The notes beneath the pieces were generated by a model. The model worked only from the letters and a program-made list of their open reading frames with translations, did not search any database and was not told the origin of the DNA. A stretch of 54,298 nt of DNA from Perkinsus chesapeaki ATCC PRA-425 (lineage: Eukaryota > Protista > Perkinsozoa). Numbering within the stretch: the first letter of the stretch is position 1; each line of letters begins with the position of its first letter. Location: NCBI GenBank assembly GCA_013115145.1, contig JAAPAO010000197.1:1-54298 (forward strand). The letters are read 5' to 3'. Position numbers and translations under genes: made by a program. This document shows, one piece after another, positions 11,973-22,162 of this stretch.

Positions 11973-13295
11973 TTAAGCACTGTAGTTCCCACTACAAACT
12001 AAAAGCATGTGAAAAGGTACTAAAAAGGTTCACATACGTGCCATAGGAAACTTCACCTTCGTGCAGTTGTACTCATCTTCATCATGGCCCACAATAGCAG
12101 TGTCAATACTCTACGAATTACTCTCTATAATGGTTACCTGCACAGCCTCCAATCTCATACCGCTCTCTCCTCTAAATCATTACATTTATATCAGGTACCA
12201 ATGCCCTGACGCTATGAACATCCCCTTTCCAACGTCACAAGGCGTCATTATGGCCAAAGAGGTCAAAGGGCACCATATGGGTATCGAGAATGCTATGAGC
12301 CAGACCACTGGAGCAGCCTTCTAGATGAGCATCGAAAGCATCAAAGCAGTGCAGGTCTGAGCGGCAATGCGCCTAGAGAGACCTTACCCTCTACCGCAGC
12401 GTTGTCGATACGAAGCCCAGAAAGGGTCTGTTAAATATACGCTTCGACGATAACCAAAAGGAGGCTTCAGCTAGCATAGCTAGACGAAAATATGCGGCCG
12501 AATTCGGTCTAGCGCGAAGAGATCTTTGTTATGGATGTAATGCACGGTCAAGCTCATCATCATAGTGTTCCCACTTAGCCTTTGCAAACGCTGCTAACGT
12601 GGCTTCAACCCAGGATTGTCCAACACTAGCGTTACGCGCCCTATTACCAGATAAATTAGAAGGCACCGTGTCCGATGATTCTAGCAATGACACCGAAGAT
12701 ACTTCCGAGGTCGGATTGGCCTCTCCACCTGCCACTCCTCTCCGTCAATACCAACGCGGACTTGTTTACCTATTCGTAATGCGTCTTCTTCTTCTTCGTC
12801 CAAAGGCATACAGCTGGCCTCGAGGATCTCCTCGCCTCTCATTAACCTCAACAGTGTGTCATTGGCCCCGTCCCGTCTTTGGGCCTTCCTGGAAGCCCTA
12901 GAGGTCTGGCTCGACGATGCACGCTTTTTGGGCTGTCTGGCTGCTTGTGTGGAGAGGCTAGCAGTGGACGAATGCCGCGAGTCGATATCCGGGGGAGTTC
13001 CGATGGCATCGATAGCGACCTCGGGCATATCTAAGATATTTCTGAGGTTACTTGGCGGCCACCCAACGCCCTACTCGGTTGGAGGCTTCCTCCTAGAGCT
13101 GAAATAACGGCCTGAAGAAACGTAGCTTTTCATAAAACCTTCACGGTGCGATAGATACGCCGTGTGGGAGTATCTTACGTCCCGTAGCTCCAATCTCGAC
13201 TGTAGTAGTGGCAAAACCATGTTGAATATTTGCTCGTCCGTAACCCGACTTAATGCCTCGGAGCAGGTCCCCACAATAGTCGTTTCCCTGTCCAT
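11973..13295 (-). CDS. hypothetical protein (multi-exon, boundaries uncertain)
   Basis: Protein-like ORF pieces MDRETTIVGTCSEALSRVTDEQIFNMVLPLLQSRLELRD, 12681-13028 and 12529-12735 can be joined by GT-AG introns; no family recognised. Confidence 0.45.
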
Positions 13296-13454
13296 ATCTC
13301 GCCGAGCGTTACACACTCTTGAGGCGCGCCGTTTGTAGCCTGAGAAAAGTATTCCGACTAAGCGTCGTTTATACACACTGTGAATTTTTCACGCATTTAT
13401 ATAAACGCCCTTCAAGTCTAGCAGTCCACGGCTGGCTTTGCTTTGCATATCTCG

Positions 13455-16400
13455 ATGCGACGAGCCCATCTCCCTGGATCTGTCGACAGCCCCTCGTCTA
13501 GCGGCAATGCCTCCGATGCTGATACTGACTTTTCCCCTGATAAACCTTCAGAGGTCCGCAGGGAGTCGAGTTGACCTCTAAAGTATCTTTACTAAGCACT
13601 TAAAGATACTCCATATTAGCAGGGGTATCTTTTAAAGTTTAGGTGAAGCTATCCCCATCACCGAAGCCTATCAGCTCCAAGCCAAAACGTCTCCCTCGAA
13701 GAAGCATCTTCGGCCGTCAACGTCAAGACATACTTCCCAGTGTTTTAGAGCGGTAACGTCGAAATGAACAAAGCGTACCTCTCTTCTCATTTTGACCACC
13801 ATCAATATCTCGGCAACTCAACGATTCTATAACCGCTAGACTCACTATTCATATCGAGGTCAACTCCTACCCCAATTCTGGGAACGGCTCAGAATCGGTT
13901 CAGTGGCCCCTTCACCGAGCCTACTTTGTAGCCAACTGTGTAGGCATTTTAAATAAGCTCTTGAGTGGTATACTGTCACCACTTGAAGGTTTGTCTCATC
14001 AGAAAAAGGGAGGCTTCCTTTGTCCAAAAAGGTTCATCGCCCAAGCCAAATGTTACTATAGAATTCTAGATTGTCGGTGCACAATTCAACCTAAGATATT
14101 TTCTATCCTTCAGGGCAGGCGTATGCGGCTCCTCTCGTGCCTTTAGTAGACGCCATTTGGCCGAAGACCCTTGGGTAGCTCTCCCTGTAGGGGCAGATAG
14201 TCTGGTACCTGCTTTAGATGAATCGTACTGTGATGGTTGCCATTATCATTAATACCGCTCTCGCCGGTATCAGGACTGATTACCAGGGAGTAGCACTGGT
14301 CATTATCTTGAATAACTGTATTTTATCAGATATTACTGGACGCCTCTGAAATATTTTTCGCCTTGTTTTTTCTGCTCGAGCTAGTTCTCCGTATCCACCA
14401 CCAGCGTTGGGCCTATATCGACGGTACTCATACTCTCTCCGTTACCTGTCAGAGTAGCACTGTTAGACCCGTGGAACGTCTTTGACGCTATCGTCATTGT
14501 ATTGGGGACTCAGCCCCTTTCTAGGAGGTATCTTCATAGTAGGTCAGAGTACGCATGATTCTCCAAAGGTTGATAGAGTATCCAGCCGTTTCAGATGGAG
14601 CGGTCTGGAAGCCCTACCAGCTCTCCGACCTCTGAGGTTCATCAAGCTAGCAGAATCGCCGTGGGTCATGCAACGGTCCAGGAGTGTTTGGCTTATGGTA
14701 GTGCAAAGACGGGGGATGTGACATTCAGCGTGGCTATACGGCGATGCTAACAATCACTGTAATTGCTTAGATGTGTTGTTGAGAGCAGGGATGTGCAATT
14801 TTGGGAATGGGCATTCGAGCTCGCTTATCGGCGGTATTCAGGCGTCCGAGGTCTTCGACAAGTATTTGAAATAGTTTTTCGAGTTGACACTGAACTTGGA
14901 TACCGGTTCGCTGAGGGGCCATCGGGCTATATATGTCTATCACAGGTCCGGTCAGTAGCAGGCATTCTGCTGCCGATGCTTTGGGTATACCTTTTGTTGG
15001 GTATATTGATGGTCAGTGTCGCTACTATAGTAATGTCTGACCTATACCCCTTGATGACAGCTACCAATTATGATGCGGCAGCGGGCCAGCTTACCTGTAA
15101 GTGACCTTGAGGGTTCCTGTGGGGCAAACGTCGTGTTTGGTATTTGAGTGTGATGTGATGGGTAGTAGGAAGGACAGTGTACTGAATGAGCCCTCATGAG
15201 TAGGTCAGCAGTACTCATTCACTTTTGTTGAAAACCATCCATCTCTTCGCCGTCATCACTACTACCGAGTGTTGGCAGTATAATGGTATTCTAGACAATC
15301 TTCTACCTATAAGTTCAATCCAACCTATTCAGCGTTCACTGCTGTACATCAGCAACTCTGTCGCCTGTCAGACCCCATGGATGCCTTCCGAGAGTTGAGC
15401 GTATATTTCGGCACGATGCCTTTGTCGATCCTTACACTATTACAGACTGCAACGCTTGATAAATGGTCCACCAATATAGTCCGCCCCACTCTGGCGTCCC
15501 AGCAGTACTTCTCGGCGCTGGTAGCAGCTACTAGTTGTTGCTTCAGCTCTACCATGGTGCCTAATAGATTCTAATAGCGTTTGTCGTGGTAACATCATAT
15601 GGGCTGCTGAAGGTATTAGTGGCGTTGGTTGTAGAGAGGATGGTGGCTGTTAACGCAGAGCATGAGGCTAAGGTAGTAATCGGCCAGAGCACACTCAGAT
15701 CCTCAGAAAAATTGTCGCGCCAAAGGATATAGTGGAGGACTCTACTCGTTAACAAATTCTTGGACTGAGCGAATTTGACCGGAAGCCCTGCATTACCTCT
15801 TCGATCTTTTTCTGGGGTGGCTGATTTATGTGGCGATGACTTGGAGCTAAGCACTCAACGTGATTACTGATCAGCTTAAGGATAATATATAATAATAAAT
15901 AGATATTTCTATATCTAATATTATTACTAAATAAAGTAAATATAGATATAACACCACTATGATTATATGATTATTATTACTATTCCCTATAATATTATAT
16001 GCCAGCCTTTAATTAATATAATAATAACAATAAATATATATGGCTGGCATTATAAAGATCGGGGAGGTTAAGCTGCAGGATGCTTATCCCACCGAGGATA
16101 TCGTAGACCGTTGCCGCCGAGCCGATAAATGCTTTATAGATTTAGGGTAGCATCATTCGCTCTTCATGCGCTGTTGTTCCACTGGCTCCAGCGGTTACTT
16201 CCGTCAAAGATATAGTAGCGCGCTTCCCTATTACTTCACATACCTTCCGCGGTCTCAAGCTGCATCATCCCGGATAGGCAGTACGTATTTGAATGATATA
16301 TACAAGCATGGCATAGGTTTATGACCTACAGCTTATTAACGACCTATCAACCTATAGGTTCCGGCAGGCTCCTGTAGGTGACTATAGGTTCCTGTAGGTC

Positions 16401-17298
16401 CCTGTAGGTGACTATAGGTCCCTGTAGGTGACTATAGGTTTCTGCGGGCTCCTGTAGGTGACTATAGGTTTCTGCGGGCTCCCGTAGGTGACTATAGGTT
16501 TCTGCGGGCTCCTGTAGGTGACTATAGGTTTCTGCGGGCTCCTGTAGGTGACTATAGGTTTCTGCGGGCTCCTGTAGGGGACTATAGGTTTGTCTATCAG
16601 CCAATATGTTGCAGCACATCTCTTTGTTGATCTAGGACATGCAATATCAATCTGGATTTGCCAACTCAGCATAAGTTCCTGGCGGGGGCTATTAATAGTG
16701 TGTGAAGGGATGTATTATGATTAAGTAAACCCTCGATAGGTGGCGGGTTTTTTCATCAACCATGATGAGGATGTCCTGAAAACTCTTGGCGACGAATTCA
16801 ACGGGGCGGAGCGAAACTGTAGCGCATCGGCGGTGGCTGCTGGGGGAGCCTTTCGTAGATACTGGTAGGGTCGATTGGGAGGCGTTCATGGACTCTTGCG
16901 GAAGCTCGGAACAGTTCACGAGGAAGATAAGTGCCATCGATTTTCAAGCTCATGATGTAAAAGAGCTATTCTCACTGATGAATGTGACGGCTGAAGACGG
17001 CCTCACTGAGGAGGAGTTCAAGCAGGGAGTGGTCCGACTGAAGCGACATGCTAGCGGTAGTAGGTGGGCGGCGGCTGGGGGGTAGCTGGGCTCAGGGCGG
17101 GATGTGGTGCATTTGTTGGGGGTAGTGGATACGGCTTATGCCAAGGTTGGCAGGGTAATGAGGAGCATAGAGAAAAGGGATGAGCAAGTTAAGAAAATAC
17201 AGTGGACCTTAGGGGAGCTACAGGTAGTAGAAGGGGCGTGTGGGCGCTATGGGTGGATGGTAAGTGACGGCCAAACATTAGTATGCATAACGGCATAA
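13455..17298 (+). CDS. single-domain (6TM) voltage-gated cation channel with C-terminal EF-hand-like region (multi-exon; start and intactness uncertain)
   Basis: S1 VMVAIIINTALAGIRTDY, S2 EIFFALFFLLELVLRI, S3 PWNVFDAIV, S4 LRPLRFIKL, S5 ILLPMLWVYLLLGILMVSVATIV, pore YFGTMPLSILTLLQTATLDKWSTNIVRP, S6 LIAFVVVTSYGLLKVLVALVVE, tail DVKELFSLMNVTAEDGLTEEEFKQGVVRLKRHASGRDV. Confidence 0.88.
15880..16056. other. very AT-rich low-complexity island inside the channel gene
   Basis: Almost entirely A/T against a roughly 50% GC background; contains 9-bp inverted repeat ATGCCAGCC (15999-16007) / GGCTGGCAT (16042-16050). Confidence 0.8.
16351..16590. repeat. minisatellite: 24 related decamers organised into 30-bp units TCTGCGGGCTCCTGTAGGTGACTATAGGTT
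   Basis: Five near-identical 30-mers at 16441-16590 preceded by degenerate 10-, 20- and 30-bp units from 16351. Confidence 0.97.
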
Positions 17299-17790
17299 TA
17301 TTATATACTTCTTGTGAATTATATAGCATTATTTCAAGTGATAGAACCAAGGCACGTAACGGTCTGTCTCCTAGTAACTTACCTTAAGTCGTCACTTCCG
17401 AGAGTAGCGTTTTGGGGAGTATAAGGGTACTGTGGGAAGGGACTACTCCTGTAGCATCCGGAGTTGGTCATCCGGAGTCTAGTCCAGTCCTTCAACCTGC
17501 AAGTGATAGCTTAATCTCCTGCTTGCATACATTTGTTCCGCATTGTGCTGATGACACCACTGGTCAGCAGGTGGTTATAGCAGATATGGCGGAGAGGAAG
17601 ACGAAGGTTAGACAATGGCGAGCTCAGGACGCTGATACTAAGCAGCAGCGGAAGGTCCTACTCACTATGCTGCACTCATTGGAGGGGGAACATCACCACA
17701 CTACAGAATCGTGACATGTTATTTTTCGTATCTTTCTGATCATGTTGAGTTTGCAAGATCCCCAATTGGTAAGCCTCTTCGCTCTCCCTC

Positions 17791-18435
17791 ATGAGCCTAT
17801 CAGCCCGCAGCATCACTGCTGGCATTCGAGATCTCTTTCCTGATGAGCTAGACGAATGCGTAGTCTGTTACTCCCCAACAAGGGCTCTCGACGTCCAGTG
17901 CGCTACGTGTAAGGCGTACGTCTGTAAGGCATGCCTGCCGCAGCTCCAGAAGCCATCGGAATGCCCCCACTGCCGGTCCCAGAGCAATTGGCAGAGGCTC
18001 AATGCGGTGGGTCTGAGAGTATGCGACACTGTAGTGTCCGCAATTGGGGAACGGCTGATGAATACACTGGATGCCGCTGCAGCTAGAGTACCGCCGATGG
18101 AGGCACGAAGTACCGAATTAGCAATTTCGTGGCGCGCTAGAAACTGCGAGGCATGTGGTGGTGGGTGTGAGTCGGCTTTTGATCATATATGCTCTGGTTG
18201 CTGCTATGTAATATGTCAAGACTGTCTGAATCGTCACTCGCCACAAAACTCGGACGGGGCAAAGCTTCTCACCACCTGCCCCTTCTGTCGGCATAGACTG
18301 CCATCACCGTCACTGCTGAGGGCTGTAGCGCGGGCTCGGATCATACTGGAGAAGGTCATGGCTTATGTGCCGGATAAGGAACGATTTAAGATCGCAGCGG
18401 GTCTTCTCCGGCGGTCCTCTTCGTCTCCAGAGTGA
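17791..18435 (+). CDS. protein with two all-cysteine (C4C4) RING-like fingers; a 5' exon may start at 17586
   Basis: CVVC-x10-CATC-x4-CKAC-x9-CPHC and CEAC-x11-CSGC-x4-CQDC-x17-CPFC in one 214-aa ORF. Confidence 0.8.
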   Translation: MSLSARSITAGIRDLFPDELDECVVCYSPTRALDVQCATCKAYVCKACLPQLQKPSECPHCRSQSNWQRLNAVGLRVCDTVVSAIGERLMNTLDAAAARVPPMEARSTELAISWRARNCEACGGGCESAFDHICSGCCYVICQDCLNRHSPQNSDGAKLLTTCPFCRHRLPSPSLLRAVARARIILEKVMAYVPDKERFKIAAGLLRRSSSSPE

Positions 18436-18584
18436 TGGATGGCGGTGGAGACTCCCTGGTATGATGGTAATTAATAATGAAGTTGAATTTCGCATTTTTG
18501 CTGCTCGTTGACTTGTCTCTACTCATATTCGCTTTGCGTTTGCTTTTCCCACCCAAAGTCTAGTCCAGTTGGCTGTCTTATCTC

Positions 18585-21500
18585 ATGAGCGAAGGGGCAG
18601 GTGGTGGCGGTGGGTCGACCCCGCTTGGAGTGGACTGGGCAGCGGCCTTCGCCTCGACGAGCTTCTCCACCCCTCTGGATGGTCCTGCCGAAGGTTCCTC
18701 GACCCCGGCGTCGTTCAGACTGCAGCCACTTGGCGACGAGGACTTTGCTGGGGACTTCTCGCCTCAAGGCATTGGAGGGCTGACACCTCTAGCTGTGGAC
18801 GGCTCCTTCACACCGGGGTTTCGGTTGCAGCCGCTCGGGGATGAAGAGTTCGGTGGGTTGGCCCAGCCGGCACCGCAGCAATTGAAACCATTGGCGGCGG
18901 TCGAGCGGCAGCAGCGGAATTACGTGGCGCGGCTGAATGGGTCGAAGGAGGGACAGAAGGCTCGGGAGACACAATGGCGTGGTAGTTATGATATCGAGAT
19001 CATGCCTGGTGGGGAGGTGATCACTAGTGGGCCCCAGCCACCTCGGAAAAGGAAACATAGTGAGGGTGACGGAGCGATGCAGCAGCAGCAGCAGACGGCG
19101 GCGGGGGACCAGTGGCCACAGGTGCCAGTGAGCCGAGGGATGCTATCTGGGATGGTCCTAGGGCTGGACACGGCAGTCGGCACTGTGGCCGAAAACGGGG
19201 TTGTTACCGCTAGAGCACCGAAGGCCCTGCCTATGCCGATAGCCCAGGAGGCGGGTCGAAGAGAGGAACAGCTCTTGAGGGAGATGGAGTCTTTGTTGAG
19301 GGGACCCCTTAGTCTCTATTGTAGGGCACTAGAGGGCACTGATGAGATGCTATCGTCATTCCCTAATTTCCTGTCGATGGTGCCAACTGATCTGGTTGGC
19401 CCCGAGATGAACTCGGAGGACGAGGCGAGGGCTGCGGCGGCATCGGAGGCTGGCAGCGATGGCAGCTCGAGTGATGACCTGGACTCAGACCTGGCGGACC
19501 TGAGAAGGGCAGCTCGACAACAGATGATAGAAGACTCCATGCGGGGCGCCCCTCATGCCGAGTGCGCCAAGGAGCTCCTTGGTATAGAGTACTGGCCGCA
19601 GTTCACCACCATTGTGGCACGGAAGCCGACGCCATTGAGGATCAACGAGCAGAGGTATCATCGGCGCCACCTGTGGCAAGCTGGGTATGACGCCTACAAC
19701 GACAAGTGGTGGTGCCGGACCCTGTCGGAGCCTCTGCCAGCCGTATCGGCGGAGAGCAGCCCGAACAACTCGGCACCGAACACCCCGAACACTCAGCCGG
19801 CACCAATGCAATCGAAGAGACGGTGTCGGTATAACACACCACAAGAAGTGTCCCTGCAGGATGACGCTACCTTTGTCCTGGTGGAAGGCGTGGAGCAGTA
19901 CCCTATACTGATGCATCAAGTCGGCATGAGCGCCTATTTCAACACCTACTTCCCGGCGAGGGTCAGAGTGATGGGCCCGACGCCCTCGGCTGAGACTCTG
20001 GGGCGTGTGCGGTATGCGGGCGATGATGGGTTCATCCCATCCGTGTACGGCGGCAATGTGGTGAGGTTCGACCCGATGTCGGGGATCAACTCCTGCACCC
20101 TACTGGAATCGGTTCTTCTTCGAGCGCCTCTCTTCGAGCACCAAACCAGCCCTACCGACTTCATGCTAATCCGCTGTCAAGATCACACAGCAGCTGGCAA
20201 GGGCGCTGGGAGCCGGGGCCATGGCGTGACGCTGAAGCGATCAAGAAAGCAGCAGCAGCCAGACGCCTCCGTTAAGTACATTAATATCGTAAGACCTCTG
20301 GAACGGCTGGTCTGCATGGGACAGGCCGAGCCTTTGGTGAAGGTGGACCCTCCACTGCCGGCTAAGATCAACCCGCTGATGAGGTCCAGGATAGTGCTCG
20401 AGACACGGAAGTCATTCCGGCACCACAAGCGGCCGCTCAGACCCGATGACGTCGTGAGGATGTTTGGCCATGCCAATAAGAGGACCACATTGGAGAGGTT
20501 CATCGCCGCTGCCAACCAGGAACTCCAGATCAGGCCAGGCCAGCCCATGCCGCAGTTAGATCCCTCGGCTGAGATGAGCCTGGTGGAGTCCTGTAAGGTG
20601 GACTCTATGCTAGATGGTGTCAGACGGCTGTGTGAGAGAGGCGTTACTAAGCTGGTTACTAGTGACAGGATACGTCAGGCTGTGAGGGAGATAGAGACCC
20701 ACGAGTCCAGTATGAGCAGTCGTTCCAAGGATGAGAGAGTTCGCTATGACGCCATGCAGGTGGAGGCCGAGTTGAAGACTACGCCATGGAGCCTCAGCAA
20801 CGACTATTGGGAGGTCGTGGAAGGCGGCAAGCGCGGCGCCTTCTTCGAGTTCTCCCATTTGGGTGATCCGAGTGGCGGTCGAGGCGAGGGTGTCAGCTAC
20901 GTTCGACAGCAACGGTCGGTGGATGCGGCGCTCGGTGCCGGTGGAGTAGCGAGTGGGCAGAGGCTGAGCCAGAAGTTGGGCGACCTTCGTGCCAAGAGCA
21001 GCAAAGAACTGAAGGCCGAGATGAGGAAGCTCGGCACGCCCGAGTCCCAGCTGGCCGGCCTGGGGCGCTGGGAGCTTGTCAGACAGCTCTCCGTATTGTT
21101 AAGAGGTGGAGAGGACGCTGATGTCGCTTTGGCGGCTGCGGCTAGTAACGAGCTGCCGGCCAAGCGTAAGCAGATCCACAGCGAGCGTCTGGCAACGGCA
21201 TGGAGGAAGCAGTATAAGGCTTTGTCCAGTCCCGAGACTGACTTCAGCGATGTCGACTCTGATGAAGATGAGGCCAATGAGGGCGACGCTGGTGGGGCGA
21301 AGCCCGATAAAGCACCGATAGACTCCTTAGAGGATGACCTTTTAGCTGACTTGATGGATTCATCACCCAAGCAGGAGCTGCTTGGTGACAGCACAGAGGA
21401 GAAGGTGCCGAGGTTGAAGATTGTGACGACTGGTCGAGAGAAGGTCACCGGGGCGCCGTGGACGCGGGTGCAGTACGTCTACGGTCGGCATAATATTGAC

Positions 21501-21749
21501 ATCTATAAGAGATGGAAGATGATCGATAATGTGGACTCGGCAGCGCTGAAGCAGGTGATCACGGCGAGCGACTCTAGTGGTGGTGGAAGCAACCTCGATA
21601 AGAGCCTCAAGATCCACCAGCTCCTCCGGGAGAGCATTGAGCAGGGAAAGCTGGCTCCTAAGCAGGTCACCCGCTGCACTCGATGCCACTTCTATGGCCA
21701 TGAGGCACAGGATGTCGATCGATGCCCAGTGAAGGGAAATGTATTATAG
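18585..21749 (+). CDS. TAF1: TFIID subunit 1 (TAF1), single exon, 1054 aa
   Basis: DUF3591-type motifs EQYPILMHQVGMSAYFNTY, PTDFMLIR, VEAELKTTPWSLS, GDPSGGRGEGVSYVR, DLRAKSSKELKAEMRKLG..LGRWELV, and C-terminal zinc knuckle CTRCHFYGHEAQDVDRCP. Confidence 0.92.
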   Translation: MSEGAGGGGGSTPLGVDWAAAFASTSFSTPLDGPAEGSSTPASFRLQPLGDEDFAGDFSPQGIGGLTPLAVDGSFTPGFRLQPLGDEEFGGLAQPAPQQLKPLAAVERQQRNYVARLNGSKEGQKARETQWRGSYDIEIMPGGEVITSGPQPPRKRKHSEGDGAMQQQQQTAAGDQWPQVPVSRGMLSGMVLGLDTAVGTVAENGVVTARAPKALPMPIAQEAGRREEQLLREMESLLRGPLSLYCRALEGTDEMLSSFPNFLSMVPTDLVGPEMNSEDEARAAAASEAGSDGSSSDDLDSDLADLRRAARQQMIEDSMRGAPHAECAKELLGIEYWPQFTTIVARKPTPLRINEQRYHRRHLWQAGYDAYNDKWWCRTLSEPLPAVSAESSPNNSAPNTPNTQPAPMQSKRRCRYNTPQEVSLQDDATFVLVEGVEQYPILMHQVGMSAYFNTYFPARVRVMGPTPSAETLGRVRYAGDDGFIPSVYGGNVVRFDPMSGINSCTLLESVLLRAPLFEHQTSPTDFMLIRCQDHTAAGKGAGSRGHGVTLKRSRKQQQPDASVKYINIVRPLERLVCMGQAEPLVKVDPPLPAKINPLMRSRIVLETRKSFRHHKRPLRPDDVVRMFGHANKRTTLERFIAAANQELQIRPGQPMPQLDPSAEMSLVESCKVDSMLDGVRRLCERGVTKLVTSDRIRQAVREIETHESSMSSRSKDERVRYDAMQVEAELKTTPWSLSNDYWEVVEGGKRGAFFEFSHLGDPSGGRGEGVSYVRQQRSVDAALGAGGVASGQRLSQKLGDLRAKSSKELKAEMRKLGTPESQLAGLGRWELVRQLSVLLRGGEDADVALAAAASNELPAKRKQIHSERLATAWRKQYKALSSPETDFSDVDSDEDEANEGDAGGAKPDKAPIDSLEDDLLADLMDSSPKQELLGDSTEEKVPRLKIVTTGREKVTGAPWTRVQYVYGRHNIDIYKRWKMIDNVDSAALKQVITASDSSGGGSNLDKSLKIHQLLRESIEQGKLAPKQVTRCTRCHFYGHEAQDVDRCPVKGNVL

Positions 21750-22162
21750 TGACACTAGATCACCACTAATGAAAGATAATCATTTTCAACGTATACGTCG
21801 ATGCACTGCGGTCAATGCACGTTAAAAATGGCCGTGGTGCAGAATCTACTATTATACCATTGTTTCCCTATGATACCTATACTTCTTTATTGAGGGATAT
21901 TGGGAAATAAATCATACCGCTCCTTTCTTATATCGTGGCTGATCGAGCCCTTCCACTCCTAGCTCCATCCAACAAGCGTCTTCATTGCCGTAGCAGCACG
22001 GTTGCGCGCTGCTTCTCCCCCTAATGCTGACATTGCTCATGTCCGCGCATATTCCGGACCCACGTCGTTGTCAACTACTTTTCCGTATTCCTAGCTATTA
22101 TCATAACTTCCTTTCCTTGACCTTATCTCCCAGCTCCTCCTCATCTTCCTCCTGTTGTTATA

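Noticed and set aside
16347-16672. Repetitive ORFs (YSHLQEPAET)n and (YRSPQKPIVT)n, and a CRISPR-like look
   Set aside because: They are translations of the minisatellite; units are contiguous with no unique spacers and no cas genes, so not CRISPR
18789-21701. Many minus-strand ORFs of 60-180 aa
   Set aside because: Antisense shadows of the GC-rich TAF1 ORF
21865-21945. ATGATA...TTGA...CTGA arrangement resembling a C/D snoRNA
   Set aside because: Non-canonical C box, no terminal stem and no rRNA target I can identify
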